IMG/VR virus record: IMGVR_UViG_3300005611_000045
Coordinates: 1 to 50,306 of that record
Length of the DNA stretch: 50,306 bases
Direction: 5' to 3' (one strand)
Source of the DNA: a virus
Lineage: Duplodnaviria; Caudoviricetes
Shown: positions 1 through 8,318 of the stretch, piece after piece
How positions within the stretch are numbered: the first letter of the stretch is position 1
How the letters are laid out: the number at the start of each line of letters is the position of its first letter
Translations under genes and position numbers: made by a program
The notes under the pieces: generated by a model
What the model saw: the letters and a program-made list of their open reading frames with translations, nothing else
The model's database searches: none
What the model was told of the DNA's origin: nothing

Positions 1-113
1 CTTGTGTAGCACATCCAGTCAAGCCGGCGCCGTGCCGGTCCCGGGCCGCAGCCCCCCCAGCCCGCCCAGCCCCCGCGGCCCACGCAGCCCACGCATCCCC
101 CGCAGCCCTCGCA
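1..113. repeat. Degenerate terminal overlap with 50194-50306, containing a 9-nt-period GCAGCC repeat
   Basis: Ungapped alignment cttgtgtagc...cgggccgcagccccc vs cttgtttgag...cgggccgcagccccc; mismatches not base-specific. Confidence 0.75.
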
Positions 114-526
114 GCCCCCGCAGCCTCCGCAGGCGCTCCGCCGTTGTCAATTGACCATTGCACAACCCTGCGGCATTCGGCACGCCACGGCTCGTCGCCA
201 TCGCCGATTGATCGCATAGCGATCGGCAGGATCGCATTGAGCCTCACATCGGTCCACACGCGATCCCAATCCTGATCAGATTTGGCGATGGCCTCAGCCA
301 GTGCACGACCACGATCAACATAATCATCGTCAAACCTGTCAAACAGCCACACGGACAATTCCGCCAGCCATAATGGCCAGCCTTGCGCCGCACAGTCACT
401 CTCTGATTTCGCCCCCGAGACGAGCGCAGACATGAGGCACGCCTGTTCATGACCGTCGCCCCATGAGCCCTGCCTGAGAGTGCCGCGCGCTATGTGGCGA
501 TTGAGATTGTCAATGTCGATTTGCAT
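1..526 (-). CDS. Hypothetical protein with Ala-rich (W/R/G)AA repeats; runs off the left end and ends at 50186 across the circular junction (~177 aa)
   Basis: ATG at 526 after AGGCCAG; open frame MQIDIDNLNRHIARG...GWPLWLAELSVWLFD...AARAAGDAWAAWAA to base 1; absent from the ORF track because no stop on this side. Confidence 0.75.
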   Translation of the reverse strand, partial: MQIDIDNLNRHIARGTLRQGSWGDGHEQACLMSALVSGAKSESDCAAQGWPLWLAELSVWLFDRFDDDYVDRGRALAEAIAKSDQDWDRVWTDVRLNAILPIAMRSIGDGDEPWRAECRRVVQWSIDNGGAPAEAAGAARAAGDAWAAWAAGAGRAGGAAARDRHGAGLTGCATQ

Positions 527-537
527 CGTCCTGGCCT

Positions 538-717
538 TTATGACGTTTGCTGGTTGAGTGGCTTGAACGTTGATCCGAAAGCTCTTGGCGACACCCATCT
601 CTGGTTATCACCCGTCGCGCTTTCTTTGATCTCAACGCCAAGTTTCGGGTCGATCCCCATAACCACGACGGTCGGCCCTGTTCCCGCCAATCTCCATTCT
701 GATCCTATTTCTGGCAT
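538..717 (-). CDS. Small hypothetical protein (59 aa, MPEIGSEWRLAG...)
   Basis: Own translation; preceded by AGGCCAA-N4-ATG, stop abuts next junction. Confidence 0.7.
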   Translation of the reverse strand: MPEIGSEWRLAGTGPTVVVMGIDPKLGVEIKESATGDNQRWVSPRAFGSTFKPLNQQTS

Positions 718-736
718 GGTCTTGGCCTTTCGTTGC

Positions 737-931
737 TTAGATGTCTGACAGGCATTTTATCATGTCGAGCGCGTCACGGTCTGTCAGGATGAACGTTATT
801 TCTGTCTTGCCCAAATCTTGCGTAAGCGTGAGTTTTGACCATTCTCGGAGTGGGCTAGTCCATACCTGAAAAGGCCCGGCGCGCCCCGAATACTGCCAGT
901 CGATTTTCATGTGGTCTGGCTCGGCGCGCAT
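737..931 (-). CDS. Small hypothetical protein (64 aa, MRAEPDHMKIDWQ...)
   Basis: Internal ATG of ORF 737..1120 placed 5 nt after AGGCCAG. Confidence 0.7.
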   Translation of the reverse strand: MRAEPDHMKIDWQYSGRAGPFQVWTSPLREWSKLTLTQDLGKTEITFILTDRDALDMIKCLSDI

Positions 932-941
932 CGGTTCTGGC

Positions 942-1139
942 CTATTCTGCTGGTTTTGCACTGAACGTGACGCACGCGCTTTGTGCGCCAACATGGACCT
1001 GCTCCTTGTCGCTATGCACGTCTGACCACACCCAAAATGGTGCGTACCCAAATGGATGCTTTTGCTTTCCCTCGGTTGTCTGATACCAGCCGCACTTGCC
1101 GTCGCGGACGAAGTGCTCACAATCTCCGCATTTAATCAT
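942..1139 (-). CDS. Small Cys-rich hypothetical protein (CxxC...C...C)
   Basis: ORF track; AGGCCAG-N3-ATG. Confidence 0.7.
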   Translation of the reverse strand: MIKCGDCEHFVRDGKCGWYQTTEGKQKHPFGYAPFWVWSDVHSDKEQVHVGAQSACVTFSAKPAE

Positions 1140-1158
1140 TTTCTGGCCTTTCTGACGT

Positions 1159-1353
1159 TTACCGTTTGCTCAAACAATCGCGGCATGTAGCTCCGTCAAT
1201 AGGGATCTTGGTATCCCAACCAACGCGCGCACCACACAAGGTTCTGGCGTTTGTAGAGTTTCCTGAGTAACAAGGTTTTTCGCCTGCTGGTATTGCACGG
1301 AGATGAACAGCAATCGCAGCCGGCGTCTCGCATGTGGTTATATGTTCGGTCAT
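1159..1353 (-). CDS. Small hypothetical protein, probable Zn-binding (H...LCG...CxxC)
   Basis: ORF track; AGGCCAG-N4-ATG. Confidence 0.7.
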   Translation of the reverse strand: MTEHITTCETPAAIAVHLRAIPAGEKPCYSGNSTNARTLCGARVGWDTKIPIDGATCRDCLSKR

Positions 1354-1421
1354 CGTGCTGGCCTATTGGTTCGAGGTTTCGTTGCGTGTTGGCGGCGGGA
1401 CCGAAGCCCCGCCGAGATATC

Positions 1422-1706
1422 CTAGAAATGCCGGGGTTCAGCGATATCGGAGCGAGTGCGTAGGCCGTAGTATGATGAGACGGTGGTGCCCCCGGTCAAT
1501 GGGCGCAGCATGCCGCGCAATTCTTCGAGCGTGGCAAACCCGATGCCCCGAATAACCGCGCCGTTCGCGTCAATCAGGCGGTGGCGAAACTGTTCGCGGC
1601 CCGTGTATCCGTTGCGTTCGAGCATTTCGCGAAACTTGCCGCCAGCTTCGAGAACTGCCAGTGCTTTTTCTGCACGTTTGCTCAGCGGGTTGTTAGATTT
1701 CTGCAT
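1422..1706 (-). CDS. Hypothetical protein, first gene of the cassette array
   Basis: ORF track; AGGCCAG-N4-ATG. Confidence 0.75.
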   Translation of the reverse strand: MQKSNNPLSKRAEKALAVLEAGGKFREMLERNGYTGREQFRHRLIDANGAVIRGIGFATLEELRGMLRPLTGGTTVSSYYGLRTRSDIAEPRHF

Positions 1707-1754
1707 CGTCCTGGCCTTTCGTTGCTGCTTGCGTGTAATTCAACTTCTGCCACC

Positions 1755-1830
1755 AATAATAAGCATGATTGCGCGCGTGTAAACAAAAAAATTGGGTTGA
1801 CGTGCATTTAATTCACGCCTATGAATTGCC
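1755..1830. promoter_or_regulatory. Divergent sigma70-like promoters
   Basis: Plus: TTGACG(1797)-17nt-TATGAA(1820). Minus: TTTACA(1783)-16/17nt-TATTAT. AT-rich intergenic. Confidence 0.5.
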
Positions 1831-1832
1831 GC

Positions 1833-2351
1833 ATGAAACTAATCGGCTACATATCCCCGACAAAGCGGTTGCCGCGTCCTCGCCAAGAATGGCTGATGCG
1901 CGAACATGATCTATATGAGACGTGCGAGAGTATCGACGACGCCATCCGGCTGATCCGCAAGGGGCGCGCACTGGTCATTCCGCAATGCTCATTGCTGGCC
2001 AGCAAGCGAGACGACATCAAGGATGTGGCGCAGCAAGTGCATGAGCGCGGCGGCTATATCATTGAGGCGGCAACCGGACGGCGCAGTGATAGCCCGCAAG
2101 ATGCCTTTGAGATGGGTATTGACGCGGCGACAAAGCGGGTGCTGTCAAAACGGCGGGCCGTCGAGATGGCGACTAAATACGACGACGATCATCCCGGCAT
2201 GATCAAGGCCCGGTCGATGTGGAGCAATGCCGGGCTGTCGGACGCAGCCATTGCCAAGGCGTGCGGCATCCATCAAAGCACGCTGCGGCGGCGGCTCGGC
2301 AAGCGGGACGTGATGCCGGGGGTTAAACCCGCGCGCAAACGCAAACCATGA
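1833..2351 (+). CDS. Degenerate serine resolvase-like protein with C-terminal HTH
   Basis: N-terminal LIGYISPT resembles GYARVST; resolvase-like IRKGRALVI; HTH AIAKACGIHQSTLRRRL; catalytic RVS motif not intact. Confidence 0.5.
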   Translation: MKLIGYISPTKRLPRPRQEWLMREHDLYETCESIDDAIRLIRKGRALVIPQCSLLASKRDDIKDVAQQVHERGGYIIEAATGRRSDSPQDAFEMGIDAATKRVLSKRRAVEMATKYDDDHPGMIKARSMWSNAGLSDAAIAKACGIHQSTLRRRLGKRDVMPGVKPARKRKP

Positions 2352-2598
2352 AGGAGAGCGTCTTGCCAACGACTTATAAAGTGCCGCCGTGTGTCGCAAT
2401 TGACCATGAGCCAACGATGAATGGCGGGGCGGTTGTTTGCGCAAATTGCGATGTAGTTCTGATCACGCGCGAAGGAATGAAGGCGCTGCACAAGTTGGCG
2501 CTGTTTTTGACTTAGCAAAATAGGAGAGTGCTGTGAGAAAAGAGCCCGAGCCAATCTGCTACGATCGACGTCTGCAGCGGAGAACTAAACGCAAGGCC

Positions 2599-2874
2599 AT
2601 GACAGATACACATGACTGGATCAAAGACAACCCGCCGAATGGTTTGCCGGGCGTCCTAAAGGAAATGACCCATTGCGAAGCCCTTGGCTTCGCAATGTCT
2701 GGTGGCGACCTCATGAGCGCGCTCATACATCATGGCCTAGTGACGCAGGATGATGTGGTGACAGCCTTTAAAACTCACGAACCAGAACTTTGGGAAGAGT
2801 TTCAGGAAGCTAAAAAGCGGCGCGACGTGCTCCGCAAAAAGTTGGGCGTGGCCCGACGCGCTAGACAGTCGTGA
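2599..2874 (+). CDS. Hypothetical protein
   Basis: Internal ATG of ORF 2533..2874. Confidence 0.5.
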   Translation: MTDTHDWIKDNPPNGLPGVLKEMTHCEALGFAMSGGDLMSALIHHGLVTQDDVVTAFKTHEPELWEEFQEAKKRRDVLRKKLGVARRARQS

Positions 2875-3106
2875 TGCCGCGCAAAACATGCGTACGATCA
2901 AAGCAAACGCCGAACCTAAAGGAGACGATGGTCCCGAAGCATTTTTCGGGACCATCGTACAATGAAGGAGGCTGCCGGTGCGGGTACTCGATATATTCAG
3001 CGGCATCGTCCGGCAGTCGCCCATAACTAGTCCTCACAGGGGCTTGGGACCACTGCTCCGCCCCCCAGCACAGCAGTGTCCAATTGATTGGCCGCAGACT
3101 AACTCG

Positions 3107-3433
3107 TCATGATCGGTCCGTGTAAACCAGATCACCATTGAATTTGCGCCAGCTGCGAAAACCAGGTCTTTTGCGGACATTCGCATTCGTCTTTATGATC
3201 CGCCGGGATTTGGCCATGGCTGGCGCAATATCTTTCGTCTTTTCGCCGTGGCATGGAATGCAAAGCACCTGGCAGTTATCGATGCCATTATCGCCGGCAT
3301 AGAATGCCTCGCGAATATGATGATACTCAGGCCCATCACCCGGGCGGATTTTCTTGCCGCACTCCTGGCACCGGCCGTCCGCTTTTGTCCATGCTGCAAG
3401 TTTCGTCTTTCGGGTGAATTCGAGCCTGGCCAT
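3107..3433 (-). CDS. HNH endonuclease
   Basis: CQECG...EYHH...N..DNCQVLCIPCH. Confidence 0.85.
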   Translation of the reverse strand: MARLEFTRKTKLAAWTKADGRCQECGKKIRPGDGPEYHHIREAFYAGDNGIDNCQVLCIPCHGEKTKDIAPAMAKSRRIIKTNANVRKRPGFRSWRKFNGDLVYTDRS

Positions 3434-3562
3434 TTAACACTCCCAGATATCCATTGAGCGGCGGCAGATTGCAGGCTGCCAGCCACGATGAGAGAAAAAG
3501 CGCAACCATGATCCGCAAAGACCAGACATTATCGCCAGTATTCAAAATCGGTCGTCGCGCCA

Positions 3563-3841
3563 TTAACGCCTCCTCGGGTATTCGTTCGCCGCCATCCAGT
3601 CGGCAATATCGGCTGGAGACAGATCTGGAAACGCTTTGCACATAGCTTCAAGACCCGCCCCCTGCCGTGCCCGTCCGTGCATCCGGTCGAGCAGATCGGC
3701 CGCCGGGGCCATATAGCTGAACTCGTTATCGCTTTGCGGGGCGGCCCATCCTTGCAGGCCAACTTGGCGCCAGCCCCGATGTCCGCCACCATTCACGAGC
3801 ACAAAATGCTTTTGGTTTTCGCTTCCCGCCATTGAGAACAT
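3563..3841 (-). CDS. Hypothetical protein (start uncertain)
   Basis: In leftward operon, overlaps neighbour. Confidence 0.4.
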   Translation of the reverse strand: MFSMAGSENQKHFVLVNGGGHRGWRQVGLQGWAAPQSDNEFSYMAPAADLLDRMHGRARQGAGLEAMCKAFPDLSPADIADWMAANEYPRRR

Positions 3842-3950
3842 ACTCCCTTACCATGTGCATCTGGCCCGGCTCTGTGATGTCGAACATCACACAAATATCG
3901 TGCCATCCCAGGCCGGTCATGATGCCGTGCCAGTATTTGCCGTCTGGCAT
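3726..3950 (-). CDS. Hypothetical protein
   Basis: Start abuts the stop of 3951..4316. Confidence 0.5.
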   Translation of the reverse strand: MPDGKYWHGIMTGLGWHDICVMFDITEPGQMHMVREYVLNGGKRKPKAFCAREWWRTSGLAPSWPARMGRPAKR

Positions 3951-4316
3951 TTACGCTACCTCGACTTGACGCTCCAAAAGCTCATTGCCGGATACACCGA
4001 TGATCTCACCGATGATCCTGGAAACCCGCTCGCTCAATTCGTGAAATTGCCGGTGGGACATTTTCTCATAGGCAATCGACCTCGGGATCAGATAGATCTG
4101 CCCGGTCGGTGCTTGTATCGCTTCGACCGCGCCGGCCCGGCATTGCAGGAACGTTCTCAGAGCAGTGCTATCGAGCGGCTGGAACTGATGTCCGACCGGC
4201 CAGTTATCGAACGCGGTCTTGATCATCGCGAAGTATCTGCGGTGCTCGGGTGTGCTGCGATCAGACTTGGCCGTCTCGCTAAATCGGAACGAACACGCGG
4301 GGCAGGTGACAGTCAT
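3951..4316 (-). CDS. NinB/DUF1367-like recombination-associated protein
   Basis: RSTPEHRRYFAMI and SIAYEKMSHRQF motifs; downstream of Bet. Confidence 0.5.
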   Translation of the reverse strand: MTVTCPACSFRFSETAKSDRSTPEHRRYFAMIKTAFDNWPVGHQFQPLDSTALRTFLQCRAGAVEAIQAPTGQIYLIPRSIAYEKMSHRQFHELSERVSRIIGEIIGVSGNELLERQVEVA

Positions 4317-5293
4317 TGCATCGCCTCGTCATTCGTTGTCGCCGCGTCCAACATCTGGCGAACTGTCAGCGCTGCGGCTTTGTCATGGCTCCAGTATTGA
4401 CGCAGGCCGACCACGTTGCGGTTGCGGAATAATTGCGCCTTGTCAGCATTGTCGCGCAGCCATTCCTCGACGCGATCATGGACCTGTCCAACCGGAACAA
4501 ACGCCAGCGGCTCACCATCACACCAATCGAGCGTGATGCTTGGGCCGCCGATGAGTTGCTGGCGCTGCTCGGATTCGTATTTGTTCGTGATGTCTTCGGC
4601 GGTGCCTTCGATCGTATGCGTCCAATCAAGTTCTTCTGGGGCATATGCGCCTTGTGCCAAGTTGGGAAATGCTTTGCGTATCGCAGCGACTTCGGCGCAT
4701 TTAGACAGCATGGTCTCGGGCATTTTCGCCCAATTCGGCTTGGACGGATCGAGCTTTTTGACGACCTCGCCGGATGTCACCTTGCGGCGCTTTGGCTTGC
4801 CGCTGTCCGGCCACGTCTCGCCGGTATCTTCCCATGTGACGTGCTCGGCATCCTCGATGATCGGCGCTCGCTCGTTCCAACGCAGGCGCTCCGACATATA
4901 ATGCCAATCGCCATGTCGGAATATTCTGACCCGAACCGTGCAATCAACGATGCCGAGAGGATTATCGAGACCTTTCGCTGCATCGTCATACGTGAACACG
5001 GGCGGGTGTTCGTCTGGCATGTAGTCGCCTGATGCGGCTGCATTCTTGCGCCATAGATCGATACCAAGAACAGGCACCACGCGGCGCTTGTCGGGCTTAT
5101 CCGCATCAAAAATGAAGAAATAGATGTCGCGCACAAACGGGTTAGCGTTATGGATTTCGCACCACTCGATGGCCTCGTCGACCTCGGAGCCCTGCAACTC
5201 TTTGCCGGGGCCGCGCTGGAACAAAGCCACGCGCCTCGGGTCACGTCTGGTAAGGCCGCCTGTGCTGAGCGGCATTTGAACAAGCTGTCCCAT
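4313..5293 (-). CDS. bet: Single-strand annealing protein, RecT/Bet family
   Basis: NPFVRDIYF, VLGIDLWRKNA, WAKMPETMLSKCAEVAAIRKAFP...YAPEEL. Confidence 0.85.
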   Translation of the reverse strand: MGQLVQMPLSTGGLTRRDPRRVALFQRGPGKELQGSEVDEAIEWCEIHNANPFVRDIYFFIFDADKPDKRRVVPVLGIDLWRKNAAASGDYMPDEHPPVFTYDDAAKGLDNPLGIVDCTVRVRIFRHGDWHYMSERLRWNERAPIIEDAEHVTWEDTGETWPDSGKPKRRKVTSGEVVKKLDPSKPNWAKMPETMLSKCAEVAAIRKAFPNLAQGAYAPEELDWTHTIEGTAEDITNKYESEQRQQLIGGPSITLDWCDGEPLAFVPVGQVHDRVEEWLRDNADKAQLFRNRNVVGLRQYWSHDKAAALTVRQMLDAATTNDEAMQ

Positions 5294-5294
5294 A

Positions 5295-5846
5295 TCATTT
5301 GCTCCTGATGGACACGGTGCGCGGCAGATCAACCAGCGTGCAGCCGGGGATATTCGCGCCGTCTTTGAGGGCCGCCAGAATTTCCTTGTCGCGGATTTTC
5401 ACGATCGGCTCGGGCCGGATGATCTCTAGATACTCGTCCGGCAATTCGTTTTCGCGATCAGGGTCAATCTCGACGCCTTGCTGTGCCTTCGGGAGTGAAA
5501 GCGTTGCCGTCGGCCGTTGCAATTTGGTTTCCTCGATCGCTTCCATCGTGACGGCGAGCGCCGTGCGGATCGTTTCGCGGCGGTCTTTCAATCGCGCCTT
5601 GCGGGCCTGCAGCGTCCGGATGACTTCGGCGATGGATTCTTCGTGAGCCTGCGTCATCGCGACATCGATCAACGCCTTGTCGATCATTTCGAAAACGTCC
5701 GTTTCGCCTTCAAGCGTATCGGCTTTGAGGTCGGCGTCGTCGATGTCCTGATCGGCAGCGTAGGAAAGGGCATCACGGAGCGTGGCAAGCACATCCCTGG
5801 CGTGTTTTGACGATTCGTAGAGGTCACGCATTGTCGTCATCTCCAT
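5295..5846 (-). CDS. Siphovirus Gp157-family protein (start possibly 5831)
   Basis: DTLEGET, coiled coil RLQARKARL, LPDEY...DKEILAALKDGANIPGC. Confidence 0.8.
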   Translation of the reverse strand: MEMTTMRDLYESSKHARDVLATLRDALSYAADQDIDDADLKADTLEGETDVFEMIDKALIDVAMTQAHEESIAEVIRTLQARKARLKDRRETIRTALAVTMEAIEETKLQRPTATLSLPKAQQGVEIDPDRENELPDEYLEIIRPEPIVKIRDKEILAALKDGANIPGCTLVDLPRTVSIRSK

Positions 5847-6252
5847 TGGGCAGCGCGGGTGTCAGCGCCGTGCCTTCCAATAGTTCAAAACAGCCGAGCT
5901 TCTCGGTTTCTTTCATCCATTGCTGGCGGAGCGAGTGGCGCCTATCGATCCGCTCCGTTATTTTCGCATCAAACTGATCTCTCTCATATTCGAGGCTCTT
6001 GATCTCCACCGATAACCGTCTGATTTCATAATGCACGTCATGCGGGTCAAATTTCTCGACCGGCGCGCGGCGATTGTCAGGCGCATTCAGCGCCTCGATA
6101 TAAGCCAATTCCTCATCGGGCGACGGTGCAACTTCCGGGTTTGGCCAATCGTGCATGTGGTTTACGGCATCACGAAAATTTGCGCCTTGTGGTTCGCGTC
6201 GGCGTGTCGCCGGTTCAAAATAGTCCGCAACCATTTGGATAATAGCAGCCAT
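5824..6252 (-). CDS. Hypothetical protein with coiled coil
   Basis: GAGG RBS, operon position. Confidence 0.65.
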   Translation of the reverse strand: MAAIIQMVADYFEPATRRREPQGANFRDAVNHMHDWPNPEVAPSPDEELAYIEALNAPDNRRAPVEKFDPHDVHYEIRRLSVEIKSLEYERDQFDAKITERIDRRHSLRQQWMKETEKLGCFELLEGTALTPALPNGDDDNA

Positions 6253-6264
6253 GTAGTGAACCTC

Positions 6265-6561
6265 TTATTCTGTGTAATTGCCGTCGCCCAGCCATTGGCG
6301 TGCCTTGGCCTTCAATTCTTTCGCAGCCGTTACAGCGGCATCACGCGTTGTGTAAAAGCCAATGTCTTGGCGGTAGCCTCTCGAACCAACGAGCGCCACA
6401 GCTTGGCCACCCAACTGTGCAGTATAGAAAGGGCCACGCACAAACATGCCAGCGTCATCGAAATAGCCAGGATGCTCATCGGCGCCGGGCCGCGAATCGA
6501 CCATACGCAGTAGTGTTGTTTTGGACGGTTTTGCAGGCACGATGACACCTCTTAGACCCAT
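6265..6561 (-). CDS. Hypothetical protein (AP2-like C-terminus IGFYTTRDAAVTAA)
   Basis: ORF track, operon position. Confidence 0.5.
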   Translation of the reverse strand: MGLRGVIVPAKPSKTTLLRMVDSRPGADEHPGYFDDAGMFVRGPFYTAQLGGQAVALVGSRGYRQDIGFYTTRDAAVTAAKELKAKARQWLGDGNYTE

Positions 6562-6577
6562 GACGGCAGGCCGAAGA

Positions 6578-6787
6578 TCACGGCCGTTGCGATGGCAATA
6601 GAGATGCAGACGAGCGCAAATTGAACATAGGGGCGGAGCGCTCGCTTGGTTCTCTGATCCAGCCTAAAATCGCCCATGCCGCTCTAACTCCCAACTCTGC
6701 CAATGTGATCAAGGAAAACACGCCAACAATCGTGGCAATCCCGATGATGCCGGCAATGAAACCGGCACTTGCAATAACCTCGCTCAT
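6578..6787 (-). CDS. Small membrane protein
   Basis: GGAGG RBS, hydrophobic N-terminal helix, ATGA overlap. Confidence 0.6.
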   Translation of the reverse strand: MSEVIASAGFIAGIIGIATIVGVFSLITLAELGVRAAWAILGWIREPSERSAPMFNLRSSASLLPSQRP

Positions 6788-7128
6788 AGCGACCTCCGAT
6801 TAGCCCATCCGCGATCGGCTTCGCGCTCAGCCCATAGGTGCTGCCGATAGCCGGCGAAGTCCGGGTCTTCGTTGATCAGGAAGTCGGTGTTCCCAGCAAA
6901 CCAGGCAGCTGCCCGACGCATGAAATGCGCACCGAGCGAATCGCCGAAAGTGGTGCTGTCGATGATTTCGCCGTTGCAGTCCGTAGCATAAGAAATTGGA
7001 GTCCAGCCCAGGCCGTCGGTGGCGTCTGCCCAAACGTCGATGACCATGCTGTCTTCGCCGCTGTTGCTGCCGGTCTCATCTTCGACCTGCTGCCACGTTA
7101 GCGTTATTTGTTTCTCGCCTAAAATCAT
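6784..7128 (-). CDS. Acidic hypothetical protein, first gene of leftward early operon
   Basis: ORF track. Confidence 0.65.
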   Translation of the reverse strand: MILGEKQITLTWQQVEDETGSNSGEDSMVIDVWADATDGLGWTPISYATDCNGEIIDSTTFGDSLGAHFMRRAAAWFAGNTDFLINEDPDFAGYRQHLWAEREADRGWANRRSL

Positions 7129-7389
7129 TGTCGTCTTGCCCTTCGAAAGAGCCCGGATGATCCCTCAGGGGAGGGCGATCATCCGGGCAGGTAGGCGTCC
7201 CGCTGATGAGCCGGAGCGCCGGGGAGGAAACCGCAAGGAGAGGTTGTCAGCGGCTTCTAAAACTGGAGGTGAGGACCGCGCCCCGCTACTAGTGTGTCGC
7301 CTCCTACCCCAAAAGGGGCACACCAGCGTCTTTCGCGGCCCTCGATCGGGAGGTTAAACCGGGGTGAAGACCGATCGCCGCTTCCGATG

Positions 7390-7507
7390 CCGCAACAATG
7401 CGTTGCGCAAGGCGGGATGTCAATAATTATTTTCCGTGCTTGTGGAAAAAATTGCGCGGCGCGGATTTTAATTGCACGCAACAGAGTGTTTATGGTACGA
7501 GGGCAGC
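7390..7507. promoter_or_regulatory. Divergent PL/PR-like promoters with candidate operators
   Basis: Minus TTGACA(7423)-17nt-CATTGT; palindrome GCAAC-N5-GTTGC at 7392-7406; related GCAACAGAGTGTT at 7478. Confidence 0.55.
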
Positions 7508-7786
7508 ATGAACACGTGGAAAGACTTGATCGACGCTTGGGGTGGCCCGCATGCATTTGCGGCGTCAATAGGCATAACTGCGGCTTTGGCGCGGATGATG
7601 TCCAGTCGAAACCGGGTGAAGTCGGATTATTGGCCAACGATTGTGGCCCGCGCGCCGCAAGCCGGCCTAAATGGAATCACCTACGAACTTCTGGTCTCCC
7701 TGAAAGCAGGGAGGCAGGCAAAATCGGCGAGCACCTTTCGACCCGGACGCCCAATAGCGCCCGCTGTTGATTCGGTCGTCGCGTAG
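7508..7786 (+). CDS. Cro-like DNA-binding protein
   Basis: DLIDAWGGPHAFAASIG...RNRVKSDYWPTIV; first gene of the rightward unit. Confidence 0.7.
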   Translation: MNTWKDLIDAWGGPHAFAASIGITAALARMMSSRNRVKSDYWPTIVARAPQAGLNGITYELLVSLKAGRQAKSASTFRPGRPIAPAVDSVVA

Positions 7787-7977
7787 TATCTGCGTCAAAC
7801 ACAAGTTTACCCAAGCGCCGGGACGATCTCCCCAGGCGAGGCGGTGCGTCTGACTAAGTAGTAAGGGGTGATCTGGCCCGGTGCTTGGCCGCAATATTCC
7901 GGGGTTTCTCATGCCGGCAAATCGCTTCGTCACCGTCAACCATGTGATTGCGTATCAAACTTATAGCGGGGAAATGC

Positions 7978-8274
7978 ATGAGCAAGGCGGCACAGATATG
8001 CAAGCTGATCAATGCGGGATGGAGCAACCAGGAAATTGCTGCCGAGGTCGATCGCACGCAATCCTATGGGCGCTCGATCCGATCGCAATCCGGGCTTAAT
8101 CGTGGCACTGGAGCCGGCGAACGCTGGTCGAAAAATGAGCGCGAATTTGCATTGGATTGCTACGCATCCGGCGTGACGTGCCGACAAATTGGCACCGCGC
8201 TTGGCCGCAGCAAGAATTCAGTCGTCGGCTTTCTCGACCGCATCCGCAAAAAAGAAAACGCCCCGGCAGGATAA
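7978..8274 (+). CDS. Double-HTH protein, GcrA-like C-terminal HTH
   Basis: WSNQEIAAEV and WSKNE...GVTCRQIGTALGRSKNSVVG. Confidence 0.65.
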   Translation: MSKAAQICKLINAGWSNQEIAAEVDRTQSYGRSIRSQSGLNRGTGAGERWSKNEREFALDCYASGVTCRQIGTALGRSKNSVVGFLDRIRKKENAPAG

Positions 8275-8318
8275 CCGAGGCACTTCCAACATGTGCGTGC
8301 GTATAACCAGGCGAACAA

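Noticed and set aside
1-113. DGR template/variable repeat pair with 50194-50306
   Set aside because: Mismatches are not adenine-specific, no reverse transcriptase is present, and both copies sit at contig ends.
19-237. ORF with LRG repeats
   Set aside because: Alternative frame of the Ala-repeat gene that starts at 526 with the conserved junction motif.
7199-7253. Hammerhead ribozyme (CTGATGA...GAAA)
   Set aside because: Extra GGAG between stem II and GAAA, and stem I cannot form after the putative cleavage site; CTGA pairs with TCAG instead.
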